Shown here: positions 13,100-26,610 of the stretch, in pieces
Layout of the letters: each line of letters starts with the position of its first letter
How positions within the stretch are numbered: the first letter of the stretch is position 1
DNA from: Octopus sinensis
Lineage: Eukaryota
Reading direction: 5' to 3'
Length of the DNA: 64,000 nt
NCBI RefSeq assembly: GCF_006345805.1
Contig: NC_043015.1
Location: forward strand, 23,498,001 to 23,562,000
Notes under the pieces: model-generated
What the model saw: the letters and a program-made list of their open reading frames with translations, nothing else
Told to the model about the DNA's origin: nothing
The model's database searches: none
Position numbers and translations under genes: made by a program

Positions 13100-13770
13100 G
13101 AGTGGTAAGCTGTCAGATACGCTAGCACACACAGTAAAATGCTTATGGCATTTCGTCTGGTTTTATGTTCTGAGTTCAAATTTCGCTGAGGTCAAATTTG
13201 GCTTTCCTTACATTGGGTCGAAGAAATAATTACTAGTTGATTGCTGGTGTCGATGTAATCTACTAAACCACTGTCCAAATTTTCAGCCATTGTACCTAAT
13301 GTAGGAAGGCTTATTTCTTATTAAGGTAGTGAGCTTGCAGAATCGTTAGCGACCAGAAAAAACTGCTTAGCGTAGATTCATACAGCTCTACGCTTCGTGT
13401 TCAAATTCGGCCCAGCTTAAAGTTGCCTTTCATCCATTTTAGGGTCGATAGAATGAATTAGTAGTTGAGCACTGGAGACGGTGAAATAGAATATCCCATC
13501 TCTCCAACATTTCCGGCTTTATACCTATAGTAGAACAAATATTATTATTTAGGCGGTGAGCTGCCAGGATAGTCAACAAACCGAGCCAAATTCTTAGCGG
13601 CATTTCGTCCGTTGTTACGATCTGAATTCAAATTCTGACGTGGTTAACATTATATTTCATCCTTTTGGTGGGGTCGATAAATTTAATACAATTAAGTGCT
13701 GGGATTGATATAATCGAATACCCCGCTTCCTCAAAATTTCAGACTTTACCTCTGCCTAAAGTAGAAATGA
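13100..13770 (+). mobile_element. Three head-to-tail copies of an old tRNA-derived SINE
   Basis: Units start ~13100, 13323 and 13551; each has gagttcaaatt / ggggtcgat / agtagaa...att landmarks. Other copies at ~6190-6310, 49973-50200 (-) and 54340-54640. Confidence 0.7.
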
Positions 13771-13869
13771 TAATCAACATCACCATTACTAGTATGTCTT
13801 TCTATTCCGCTCGCTCTAAGCGTCACTTTTATTTTGCTTAGGGTTCCTTCTAATACATCTTTCTCATGT

Positions 13870-14018
13870 GCAGGCACATGGCCTAGTGGTTAGAGCAGCG
13901 GACACGCGGTTGAGGGATCGCGGGTTCGAATCTCAGACCGGGCGATGTGTGTCTTTATGAGCGAAACACCTAAGCTCCACGCAGTTCCGGCACAAGGTAA
14001 TGACGAACTTCTGCTGAC
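13870..14018 (+). mobile_element. SINE family A 5' half, interrupted
   Basis: Matches the 5' half of the 2981 copy, then breaks at a family B insertion. Confidence 0.85.
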
Positions 14019-14025
14019 TAACTAA

Positions 14026-14178
14026 TAGGCGCAGGACTGGCTGTGTGGTAACTAGCTTGCTTACCAGCCACAAACGTGACAGCTTGGGTATGTGTCTTCT
14101 ACTATAGCCTCGGGCCGACCAAAAGCCTTGTGAGTGGATTTGGTAGACGTAAACTGAAAGAAGCCCACTGTATATATG

Positions 14179-14217
<39 letters not shown>

Positions 14218-14410
14218 CTGCGTTTGTCCTCTCAACATCGCTTGATAACCGATACTGTTGTGTTTACGTCCCCGTAACTTAGCGGTTCGGCAAAAGAGAC
14301 CAATAGAATAAGTACTAGGCTTACAAAGACTAAGTCCTGGGGTCGATTTGCTCTACTAAAGCCGGTGCTCCAGCATGGCCGCAGTCAAATGACTGAAACA
14401 ATTTAAAGAG
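14026..14410 (+). mobile_element. tRNA-derived SINE family B with internal (TA)/(TG) microsatellite
   Basis: ggcgcaggactggctgtgtggtaa...ctgaaagaagccc...cagcatggccgcagtcaaatgactgaaac; same family at 16719, 23524, 24551/26611, 27526, 37437 (-) and 40722 (-). Confidence 0.85.
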
Positions 14411-14900
14411 TATTAAAATATCATTGTCTTAAAAGTGAAAATGAATAAAGCAGCATAGAGTTAATTACATCGACCCTAATACTTTACTGGTATTAGATGT
14501 TAATGACAGCTGAAGGATGAAAGGCAGAGTCGAGTTTGGTTATGTTTTACTATGCTATACAAATATCTAAATTAATTTTGTTTCGTCTTAGATCTCAATG
14601 TAAAAGAATATGAAAGGTGAACTGGCAAATAAAACGATAAAATATTGTTGTTTGCTTGAGAAGATTAAATAATATTACATTCGATGCAGTCGTTGGTGTT
14701 GTTTTATTACTAGTTGTCGTTTAGATTCCTTTCAACGCTAGTTAATCAAAGCCAATGCAGAAATGCATAAGGAATATCGCTCCAGCGTTGACCATCCCGT
14801 TTTTCTAGCATTAGTTGGGAAGTTTAAATCATCAGCTGTGCTCACTATTTAAACAATACTCGAAATAACGAAAACGGAAAAGGGGGGTAAAAAGGAGGAT

Positions 14901-14963
<63 letters not shown>

Positions 14964-15120
14964 GACAAGGAGACAAAAGTGGAAGCAAGTGTGGCATGAA
15001 ATTGATATTTATCGGACCCGAAATTGCGAAAGGGAAATATGAACTGCAAGTGCTTTGGGTAGGAACATGTGCCGCTAAGGATAATACTCAATGCCCAAAT
15101 TACTGTGCTAACTCACAACC

Positions 15121-16566
15121 ATTAGTTAGTTAGTTAATTTTTGGGCTCAAAACGCAAAAAGCAAGGCCATGTAGGGGGACATGGAGTTATGTACAGGGTG
15201 GTGTTTATGTAAAGAGTTCAGGCCACTTGAGGTGAAGGGAGACTTTGAACCGAGCGGTTGTCGGCATCTTCACCATCTCGTCTGGCAGCTTATTCCACGG
15301 ATCCACAACCCGGACAGAGAAAGCCCCTCTCCTTCGATTGAGATGAAATCGTCGCAGATAGAGCTTTTCGGAATGACAAATTTGGTGGAGGCATCGATGA
15401 AAATCCTCTATATCACCGCGAGGAGCGACCAGTTTGACAGATTATCGCTGTTCTCCAGTCCACAGGTATGACACCCGTCACCAATGACATGTTGAATAGA
15501 CGTGTTAAGGGTTCGCAGATGACCGGAGCCAACGCTTTGTTAATCCGTGGGTGTATGCCATCAGGGCCGTGATCCTTGTTGACATCGAGGATTGAATAAC
15601 GCGTTCGGCTTCGTCCCGCGTGATGACCAATCGATGCATTGGAGGTATTGATCTATCAAATGGAGGGGGTTCACGACCATCATTTTGTTTGAAAATAGTT
15701 GAAAAAGCCTCGTCAAATAATTGACTCTGTTGATAAGGGTCCTCAATCGATACGCCTGTTGAGTCTACCAACGTTGCAATTTGGTTGTTCAAGCGGGAAT
15801 TCCGTTGGACATGGCCAAAGAAGGTTTTTGGATTGCTACTAGCGTTTGCCGCGATTTTGTATTCATATCTGAAGCGTTCTTCCTTTACAATTCTCACGGC
15901 TCGGTCTCGTTGAGTTTTGTACACCTCAAAAGCTGCTGTCGAATCCAGATTTTTGAATTCAGCCCAAGCAAATAGCTCTGAGTCGAAGTTCTCGTTTAAC
16001 CTTCTTCGTCACCCAGGGCTTGTGTTTCTTCTTCTTGGGAAGCCCAACGGGAACTGCCTGGTCAGTCAACCAGATTACATATGCTTTGAGGGATGACCAT
16101 AGTTCTTAAACGGAGGACAACATCATCAGGGATCGCCAGTCCAGAAGGGCGGAAGCCTCGGTTAGAATTTCAAGATTAATTGCAGAGAATACTCTACGTG
16201 GCAGCGAAGTAGTCGTGGGCGTAGAAAAAGTTGTGTGCATGACGAACTTCAGGACCGCATGATCACTCTTGGCAAGAGTGGCGCACACAGATACGTCTGA
16301 CACTGATCTTGGATAGCGGGAGAATACCAGATCCAGCATAGATGGCTGCTGCCCAGACCGATGCCTTGTCGGATATTCAACATGTTGCGATAGAAAACAA
16401 TCTTCAGCCACGTCAAGAAGGGCCAGGCCGAACCGAGAAGATGATGTACAAATTGATGCGGGTAAATCGATCGTGGGAGCGTTGAAGTCTCCTAATATCA
16501 AACAGTCATGAGAAGCTGAAACGAATCTTATCGCTTCGAGTAAATGAGCAGCAGAACTTGGTTAGT
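15121..16566 (-). mobile_element. CR1-type LINE, internally deleted (APE + tether + RT N-terminus joined to C-terminus)
   Basis: ILGDFNAPTID...QHVEYPTR...SMLDLVFS (APE); GPDGIHPR...PLTRLFNMSL...DWRTAII (RT start); FSVRVVDPWNKLP...FK (C-terminus); (ACTA)n tail at 15121-15136. Confidence 0.9.
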
Positions 16567-16580
16567 CTCTGTCTCTCTCC

Positions 16581-16632
<52 letters not shown>

Positions 16633-16635
16633 TGT

Positions 16636-16712
<77 letters not shown>

Positions 16713-16718
16713 CATGCA

Positions 16719-16878
16719 TTGGAGTAGCTCTGTGGTACGTAGCATGCCTACCATCTAAATGGTTCTGAGTTCAGTCCCTCTGAGTGGCACCTTGGGTAAG
16801 TGTCGTCTACTATAGGCTCGGACTGACCAAAGCCTTATGAGTTGATTTGGTTGATGAAAACTGAAAGAAGCCCGTCGT
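16719..16878 (+). mobile_element. SINE family B 5' half
   Basis: Similar to the 14026 and 23524 copies. Confidence 0.75.
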
Positions 16879-16900
16879 ATATATATATATATATATATAA

Positions 16901-17090
16901 TTAGGTCTGATCGATAAGTATCCGGACTGTTGCCATAGTTACGAAGCTAAAGCATGCACAGTAAAGACTCTTGGCATAGATTGAAATTAATTCTGCTGTG
17001 CATGCACACTAAGTTTTCTCGGTCTATTTCAATTCCGCTGTTTACAGCAGTGCTTTGAAGGAATGTGTGTAGCTTGTGACTGTATATTGC
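16901..17090 (+). mobile_element. mariner-like transposon 5' TIR fragment inserted in (TA)n
   Basis: TA|ttaggtctgatcgataagtatccggact resembles mariner TIRs (…GG.TG.TC.ATAAGT); no partner TIR or transposase seen. Confidence 0.5.
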
Positions 17091-20000
17091 AAACATCTGG
17101 AACAAGTCTCCATCATTTCTTTCCTCCCTCATACACTTTATATCCATGGGAACATTTTATGAGGTTCATAATTTCGATGCAACAAACGAGTCCGACACAA
17201 AACACCTGAAGTGGGCTGGAGCGTACAACAGTCGAAATGTAGTGAGTTTAACAGGGAAAATAAGGACGCCACTGACTATTTTAGATAGTGTACATAATAT
17301 AAATTCTTATTACAGAAATATAGAATTGAATAATGTACATATAGATATACTGTACGTGAAGTGGAAGTGTTCTTAGATGGAGAAATCTGACACTACATCT
17401 ACCAGGTGTTCCCGAATTTGTAATTGGGTATAATTTTGCTTTCAAATGATTTCGAAAGAGATCATTACTTGCATGCCATTTGTAGTAACAATCCTTACAT
17501 AGTGAAATCGATTAATTTTTTCCAATTTTCCTTTGCCAATATATAGTAGCTTTGTACCAATATAACAGATCGATATTCATTAACTCACTTAATATTTAAT
17601 CGAACTTCAGGTCGTTGGATTGTTAGAATCGATAAAACGTTGAACAAATAAATAGTAGTCAAGGTTTCTGGTCGATTTTATCACTTGTACATGCCTCACA
17701 AAATGCGGCCAAATGTCAATGCTAAGAATTTTTTCGTGCAGAAGAAAAATCGCGAATCTTGCTGTTCAATAAATAATTTCAATTGTTGGCTAAATGTGCA
17801 CTAAATTTTCGTTCACACGCTCATAAGGATCAACCGGGCTCCACATCATTAGATTACATAATTCGTCTTCCAGAAGGGCCCATCTAATAAATCGTTAGAT
17901 TTAGAAATAGAATAAAAAATCGTCATCTAACCGAGTTCTGCTGTCAAATAAATGCATGTTACAAAGAAGGTATATCAAATAGGGGCAGAATTAAGATTTT
18001 AAAAGCCAAATTATTTCATGAGAATAATTTTGATAACAGATTTATGTTTTAATTGATTTAGTAAAGCAAAATTCGACTTTTTAATCAATAAGATGAAATA
18101 TTCTGCAAACAAATTATTAATATATATATATATTTGCGTTCTTGTCCCATTTTGTATTTTTAGATATATTTTTTATACATACATATATATATAAATCCGT
18201 TATATATATTCAAATTGTACAGAAAGAGAACAAAGATTCACAACTTGGGTTTGGAATCGGTGAAAAGTTTTGAGCATTGTCAAGCTACGAGATCTGGATT
18301 CGAAATAAAGTGTCGCTGCCTTCTGTCCTGAGATGAAGTATATTTGAGAAAAAAATAGTAATTTCTAGCAATTTCAGTTCAACATTTTATGCAAGAGCGC
18401 TCTTTATGTAAGTGTCACAATCATAGGATTACTGTTTATACATACATACATACCACATACATACATACATACATACATACATACATACATACATACATAC
18501 ATACATACATACATACATGCACACATACATTCATATATGTGTGTGTGTGTATGTATGCAAGCGTATGTATGTATGACATTATGCATATATGTATGTGTGT
18601 GTATATATGGAAAGGGGCTGTGAGATAGAGAGACACACAGAAACAGTGCATGCTTCTATAATTATTTTAGCTTAAATGATTATTGATGAAATTGAATTCT
18701 TGTGTGTCTGGTTCCATTAGGCCATGTAAAGATCACTTCTAACTAAAGATCACCGTTATGTCAAAATCACCATTACACTGGGAATACTTTTATCATTTTC
18801 TAATCGTAACTTGCACGAACTACATCCTCGTGGATATTTATATACTCTTGACCTTAAGATATAGTTTCTACTGTGAAGACATTCAATGGACGACAACGCC
18901 CAGTCGAATGTCGTCTTAAACATGACTAATGCAATTCACAGTGATGTGTGAGAAAAAAGGCAACATATTTTACCAATTTTTTAAAGCTTATTTTTTAATT
19001 TATATTTATTTTTTATTCGTTTGTTATTCTGCTGTATGTTTTTGGTATTTATTATGATGTCTTGATACTCTTAGCGCAGTAATTTGTAGTTTTAGCAAGT
19101 AGAGACAGTTTTGGTGCTTCTTTCATTCAATTTATTACTAAGAGCAAGTGAGTGTTATCTCTTAAACGAGGCAATGAATCGTATTATCTCGTATAGAAGA
19201 CACTGTGGTAATTTTAGAAGAAACTTTAGCAAGTAGAAATGGCAATAGCTAGAGGAGAAAATATCGGCTTGCGGCAGACTTAGTATAAGAACAATACTCA
19301 TTTTAAGTAATCAGAAATTTCATCTCAATCACTTGATCAAACAATAATCTTAAATCGCATAGTTTGACTTTCAAATAACCATCAATGCATCTTGCACGTA
19401 AAATAATATATTTAACGCTGATGGCTCTGTGGTCATGATGTTTACCTTATAAATACAATCGTTTGTGTCCGAAACAATGCACAAATATATTCTGTCCTGG
19501 CCGGCCGAGCATGAACAATATTTCTTAAACATGATGTTTGAAAGCCAAGTGAAAGAGCCTACATTTGCTCTCTTTTTTCTTTCTTCCTTTCTTTCTTTTT
19601 TTTCTGTGCATGTAAACTTTGTTCATTGCATGGTTTAAGACTACCACCCGGCCTGGGAGTGGTTTCAGTGAGTCAACAGAGTGTTGTTAGTGTCCGGATT
19701 GGAATATCTTTCCTCTTCCTCTCCTGGTGTGTCAGGGCAGCTTCGGTTTGTAGCTTTAATCTTACCTCCAACCCATACTACAAAGAACGCACAATGCTGT
19801 TCCCGTAAATCTTTTTACTGGTGTGTATTAGAGTCCCTGCTTCGTCGCATAATCTCCTAGAAATACAAGACATACTTACAGACCACAACTATATCCTATA
19901 AACGGAAGATACCTTGAAAACCTTCATAACTGACAAACAAGGAAGAAATTCGGTAAGCATGGCTGGAACATCTGTTAGTCTACGTATACTAAACCTGAGA

Positions 20001-21129
20001 CAAGTCAATAATTAACATCCTTTAGAGTATATATTCATTTTCATACCAAAAGCATTTATGATTTACCTATCGAAAAGAAATATGTCACAAACAGAAAATT
20101 TGCATTTTAAAAGCGATAAAATATAGAGGTATGATACGTCATTTGCAGTAAAGAAATTCTTGGAATACACAGCTCTTTTATATCTAACATGATTCAAAAG
20201 AACACCACGAGTCGGTCGCATGATATCAAATAAATTGCTGCCATTTTTCCCTTACGGAACAACCAGTCGTCAGATATAAGTTTCGGTAAGTTTCGGTACC
20301 CTGATTGACATAGCTATGAATATTTTGGTATTCACCCAACAAAATTAAGATGAAGTTGGTCGAATACTCAATACATACACATACATACACACAGATACAA
20401 CACACAGACAAATATATGTATGTATATATATTTTAATGCAAGTGTATGCGTGTGTGAGTGCTTATATATATTTTTATAAATATCTCTCTCTTTTTCTCTT
20501 CCTCTCTGTTTCTCTCTGTAACAGTGCGTGTGTGTGTGTATTTGCATGTATGTGCAACTGTGTTCATACGCTTAAATTAATTCACTAAATAGCATTACTT
20601 CATTCTAATTGGCTTATATCTGAAGACACCACTCATAATGTTTATCCTACATATGAACTACAATTGTAAACGTCTTATATGACTTCATCTTATATAGTTT
20701 GTGTGTAATAAGAGATTTCTTAATCTGCATTATAGAATCGTGGCAGATTTTACTGTTAGTATTTTGATCCAATCATGCCTTCAATATTTGTCAGTCGCTA
20801 TAAAGGGAAACAATGTATTTTGTAGTAACACTAAGTAGCATTGATAACAAATACTTTTGTGAATCATATCTAGTTTAATATTAATTCATGAAATCAACTT
20901 GTGCATAGTTTATTTCTTCTTCCTAAAATCAGCGATCATCAAGAATCAATTTTAATACTTTGCAAATTATAATAATTGAATTTTATCTCGAAAATTATAT
21001 ATCCCACGTATTATGAAGTTGACAGTATTCATGATAGTACTAATACGTTGTAGATATGTGTGTATGCATGTATATGTATACAAATATGTGTATGTATGCA
21101 TGTATATGTATATAAATGTGCATTTATAT

Positions 21130-21189
<60 letters not shown>

Positions 21190-21388
21190 CATAATCAATC
21201 AAAAGAAAACACACAGAAAAAGAAATTAACAAACACACGTGTAAACGTGATACAGGCAATGTATTAATAAGACGCTCTGAGAGGGGCGCAGAAGTTTTAC
21301 ATTTCAAGCAAAAGGTACTCTTCGAAAACAGGAAGAATGAGGAAAATCCAAGAGGAAGGAGGAAAAAATCGTATGTATATATGTATTG

Positions 21389-21946
21389 CATTTCTAAATC
21401 TCTGGGAGAAAATGAGAGCGAGAGAGAGATAGAGAGAGGGATATGCCGTAGCAGCATGATAAAGTGATTGCTTGTTGCCAATTTAATGTGGCAGTCCCAA
21501 GAAGTGGAAGAATGCTACTGCTATTTAGCCCCAAGAAACACCGTTTCTCGTTGGCTATGCGACACAAGCGTCCTGTATACTTAAAATTTCAAACAGGTGA
21601 GATAAGCGCCACCAACCAACAAAGCCTACAACCACTGTCTAGTTTCAGAGTAACTGCTCTTCATCAGTCTGCAGTAGTTTGGCCTTGCCAGATATTGCCG
21701 CTAAACCACTATTGAAAACTTATAGAATTTCAAGTGAAATAAATTCACTGATCTACAAAATTAAAAATATTCCATTTCTAAATGTCTCAGAGGGAGTTAG
21801 GCAGTAGCAGCACAATAAAGTGATGGCTTGTTGCCAGCTCAATGTGGCAGTCCCAGGAAAGAAAAGAATGCTACTGCTATTTAGCCCCAAGAGACACCGT
21901 TTATAGTTGGCTAGGTGACATAAGCGTTCTGTATACTTAAAGTTTC
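21389..21946 (+). repeat. Diverged direct repeat: 21389-21590 and 21773-21946
   Basis: Shared gtagcagca...aatgtggcagtccca...gaatgctactgctatttagccccaag...tgtatacttaaa; roughly 85% identity by eye. Confidence 0.8.
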
Positions 21947-23455
21947 TAGATCAAGCCGCCCCCCGCGCTTTCATTCTCACATCTATTGAGGATTTTTAAA
22001 TATTTTCCTCCCGTTAAATACATTTTATTGAATGAAGATGCCGAAATAGCACACGCGTGGTCTATTGCTGGAAGAAAAACAACAAACGAAATTGTAATCT
22101 AAACTTTTACCCCCACCTCAATCTCATTTTGACATAAACGAAATTTAAATGTTGAAGTGAAACAGTTTTTGTCTGTTCTTGAATGGCTTACAAACATCTT
22201 CCACGCAAGAACTGTTCTTGTTTCAGCACACGATCTCAGATCAAATCACTTACTATACAAGTACATCTCCGTAATTTTTTTAAAAATTACCTATGGATGA
22301 ATGCCAGCAATGACCTTCTCAGACTTCAATATTTTAATTTCTAAGCAGAAACAATAGGAGGGGGGGCAGGGAGTGGGGTTGCAAAAAATTCACAATTTCT
22401 CAAATTTTCCCTTTTATAGTTTATAAATATATTTATAGCGGAAAATATTGAAAAACATCAATACATGCGAGAGTGATAAATAAAGGAGTGGGGTTGACTT
22501 TGAATGTGCTAGAAACAACAGCCAAATCACTCACTTTTTTCACTCACTTATTCCTGTGAAAATATGAACATTTATTACTTTTTTCATGGTTTTAACGTTA
22601 ATATACTTGTTGTTTTGAAGTGCAAAAAAAAATTGCCAAAATAGGTACGGAGTAGGATGATGAAGACGGGTGGTTCTATAAAAACAGTTTTCAAAATTAT
22701 TCTCATACAATGATACCTCCCCACTAGCCACATTTCGAATGCTGAGATCTAAATTTTAAAAACTGGGGTAAATCCCCGAATACATTTTCCTCAGATTTCT
22801 TTCTAATCGTAATCTATGCCGTCTGAAAGGGATTAGTATAAATTTTCATCAAAAGATACTCATTTTCTTGAAAGTAATGAGGGGAAAATGTCAGATCATG
22901 TGAATTTCCCAAAACTCCTCTCTCACTCCTCGGAAAATTTCTTTTCCACAAATCCCTGTGTGCTCTGAAGCCACAGTAACTCAGTGGTATTTGTAGAAAA
23001 TTTCGTTAAAAAGTATCCATTTTTCTGGATGTTATGAGGCAACAGAACAGGGAGCGTATAAATCTGTTGTAATGTTCTTTTATTTATACGAGTTTTTCAG
23101 TTGATGTTTATTTCATTCATTGTTTGAAATGTTCCCTTTTCCCGGTTTCTCTCACACACACACCGCAAAGCTTGCAAATGGGCTGCTGAATTGTAATCTC
23201 TAAGTTGCTTTGAGTGGAAGATAAAATTTGATGAATTGCTTCTCTCTCTGTTGTTGTACTACCATGATGTTTGTTTAAAAGAGAGAAATTATGACTGTGA
23301 CAAAATAATGAAAGCGATATTTACTAAGCAAGTGAGCCCTATTATACAAAGAAATAATTAGACGTAAAATATAAAGATAATTAGAATTGGGAATCAAATG
23401 GGAAAATATTATCAAGGAGTCAGCAGAAAACCGCCCGGAGGTCAGTCTTTCAGCT

Positions 23456-23523
<68 letters not shown>

Positions 23524-23525
<2 letters not shown>

Positions 23526-23895
23526 GGCGCAGGAGTAGCTGTGTGGTAAGTAGCTTCCTTACCAACCACATGGTTCCAGGGTCGATACCACTGCGTGGCA
23601 ACTTGGACAACTGTCTTCTACTGTAGCCTCGGGCTGACCAAACCCTTGTGAGTGGATCTGGCAGACGAAAGCTAAGAGAAGCCCATCGTATATATGTGTG
23701 TGTGTGTGTCTGTGTTTGTTACCCCAAAATCGCATGACAACAGATGGGGGGGGGGGTGTTTACGTCCCCTTAACTTAGCAGTTAGACAACAGAGACCGAT
23801 AGAATAATTACCAGTCTTACAAAGAATAGTCCTGGGCTCGATGTGCTCGACTGAAGGTGGTGCTCCAGCATGGCCGCAATCAAATGACTGAATAA
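23524..23895 (+). mobile_element. SINE family B, full length
   Basis: Complete head, internal microsatellite and cagcatggccgcaatcaaatgactgaa tail. Confidence 0.85.
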
Positions 23896-23952
23896 ATGAA
23901 TGAAAGCATATGTGCATGTGCATGTGTCTACATACAAACACAAACACACACT

Positions 23953-23986
<34 letters not shown>

Positions 23987-24550
23987 CATATATATATCCA
24001 CACACGAATACAGAAGCATGCCTTGTTGGATAAAAATCACGTACGCTCACCTTCTAGACCGTATATTCTTACCCAAATGCACACATTTATATACGTACGT
24101 ATGCTTATCTGTACACACATGCGGTGTTATCTCCTCATATAAACACTCGTGCACATTACGTATATACATTCAATCATCTACACATATTGATAACTCCATA
24201 TATTATTCCATATAATACCTTAAAGAATATAGAAATGTCAACATACTTAATAAAAACCTGTAACTCATGCCAGCTTTTGGTACATCATCTCGCTTCTAAG
24301 GCACGAGTGCCTGATGATACGAAACGGCCATAGTGGCTGTGAATAAGGAGTTTTGTAAAGTCTGTTTCTTTTTTTTTTATTTTTCGCATCGTTTGATATA
24401 TAAACTCTACTGATAGAAAAGAATTCCTAAAGTAAGTCTTATGGGATATACCTCCATACTGTCGTTGATATCAGATAACCGAATACTGTGGACAGGCATT
24501 AAACAGCATACAACAAAGTGTCTATCCCAATATAAAATTATATATATATA

Positions 24551-24582
24551 GGCGCAGAAGTGGCTGTGTGGTAAGAAGCTTG
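24551..24582 (+). mobile_element. SINE family B head, left part of a split copy (continues at 26611-26750)
   Basis: ggcgcagaagtggctgtgtggtAAGAAGCTTG resumes as AAGAAGCTTGcttccaagccacatggttcc at 26611. Confidence 0.8.
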
Positions 24583-26610
24583 GTTCCGGTTCCGGTCGTT
24601 AGTTGTTCTCTGTGCCGTTGAAGTCGTCACGCTGGTGTGCAGCTGGCGAAAATTGAATTACTAAGACGCTCTACAGTAAGGTAAGACTTTTTGCTTTCTG
24701 AGTCCAGTGGGATTTGTTTATTTTATTTTATTTGATCTAGTTTCAGCTCACGAGCTGTGGCCATGCTGTTGCTTGTAGTTTTATTTTTTGTACTAGCAAC
24801 GAGTCCTTACTGGATTCAGAGCTTTTTGTCTGCCTTGCGGTGGAGACGTGTGTGTTTTATCACATAATTGTGAGAAATTGCTTTTTGAAAATTTCTGTGG
24901 ATTATACAAAGGCCAGGAGTACCTTTCGGCCGAAGAAAATAGAAAATTATTGAAATTTTTATTCTTTGTGGATATACAAAGGCCAGTTGTACCTTTTGGC
25001 CGAAAATTGTTTTCTTTGCTATCATTTGAACTCTTGTTCGTATCTATCATTTGGTTTGGAACAAAAACTTTATTAAACTGTTATTTTATTTGTTTCTTCC
25101 CTTCTGTTGTGTCTTCTTTCTATTTTTGTGTCTTTCTTTATTTTTAAATCTATTGTGAACTTTTGACACATGTTTGAACTTTTTACACATGCCAAGGAAG
25201 AATGAAGCCACTGCCGTGGAGTGGGAGGTCGTCCTGCCCAAACAGTGGATTAAATATCTTGAGACGAGGACGGTGGTACTACGGACCTATTCTAGGTCGC
25301 GTGGTGCCATCGCCCTCTTCGACGAGAGCGTAATTGAGAGAGAGTTGGCAGACTACCTTCCAACTATGAAATTTATTTCACGGGGGGATCAAATTTGCAA
25401 CGGTGTGGTTGCTGTTTGGTACCCCGAGGAAGCTGGCAGATTTGCCAGCGAACCCCTTGAGGGAGGTGAAATTTTGTTCCTCTCCACTTATTGTGGAAGG
25501 AAGATAAGAAGAGCCTGGATATGCGGGTTGCCGCCGGGCATGGAGGCGAGATGGATCGAGGAGACCATCCGGCGAGGCCTGGGGGATAGCGGGTCCAGGC
25601 TATTGAGTGTAAAGATTACTCTCGCGGTCGACTGGGAGGGGTTAAAGGCAACTTTGACCCTGTGGACCCAGTGGCCGTGAGAGACATGATATTTCCGGAT
25701 TTCTTAAAAATGGCCGGGTACAGGTACCCGGTGATACTCGACGGACGCCCCCTCCAAATTTTCACCTGTGCCTGGAGCCTGGCCATATCAAAAGAAACTG
25801 TCCAGGGGACCGTGGTGGGGCCCTGGAGCATGAGAAAGAGAAGGTTCCCGCCGCCCCCTCATCGGAGGGGGAGACGGGGGCGGTTGCCTCCACGAAAAGA
25901 AAAAGAAAGGTGCGTAACAATGGTTGCTCACCAAAGAATGTTCAGGCGGCGGAGGAGGGTAGCGACCTCCCACGTCTGTCGACGCAGCCCCCTGCTCCCG
26001 CAGCCTCAAAAAGAAAGAGGAAAAGGAGGAGCAGAAGACGGTCGGCGGATGTCCTGGCCCGCCGACGGAGCCGCAGGTGGGATGTGTGCCACCTGCGGAG
26101 AGGGCTCCGTCAGTGGGAAGTGTGCTACTGACGGAGCAGTGTGAGGTCCCTTCCTGTGAAGAGGAGGTGTTTCTCCTCCTTTACCACGAGGGAGGGACGG
26201 TGAGTAAATTTTTGGACGGCTTGGGTGACCGAGAACGTGTGTACTCGGTCTGCCCAAGTAGTCCGATATGGCCTCCGTAGATGGCTGCGGAGGTAGTAAC
26301 GGAAAGAACTTTGTCAAAGATCACAGCGACCTTTGACAAGGTAGAATTTGCTTTCCTCTTTGCAGGCCCCGACTTGCCGATGCAGAGTTGTCTGCAGGCG
26401 GCAAGTCATATTGCTTGGGGGACCTGACGAAGAGAATTGTTGTAAAAAAACTTTGTATTGTTGTAAGTAACATTGTATTCGACGGTTTGTCGGTCGGTGG
26501 GTGACATCCCTCCCATCCTCATCATGTCGTTTCATTTCATCTCATCTTGTCCATGTCCAGCCCACAAGCTTCTATCTATGTACTGGCCTTGTGGAAAATT
26601 ATATGAAATA
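24583..26610 (+). mobile_element. ORF1-only L1/Tx1-like retroelement (~2.0 kb) with target-site duplication
   Basis: TSD AAGAAGCTTG at 24573-24582 and 26611-26620; GC-richer gag-like ORF; 3' end ccttgtgg...AATAAAG resembles the Tx1/L1 tail at 51751; no APE or RT motifs found. Confidence 0.7.
25189..26420 (+). pseudogene. Frameshifted LINE ORF1-like protein (RRM-like segment + CCHC zinc knuckle + Cys-rich C-terminus)
   Basis: RRAWICGLPPGMEARWIEETI (RRM-like); shifted frame at 25760-25801 reads F-HL-C-LEPG-H-IKRN-C, a CX2CX4HX4C knuckle with the first Cys codon TGT changed to TTT. Confidence 0.65.

Noticed and set aside
19640-19960. Exon-like splice signals on both strands (28-nt plus-strand YHPAWEWF micro-exon; 91-nt minus-strand exon)
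   Set aside because: The signals conflict, the 91-nt exon has stops in all three frames, and no partner exons are identifiable.
21960-23300. Probable unclassified dispersed repeats / DNA-transposon debris
   Set aside because: No termini, TSD or coding motif could be supported from this window alone.
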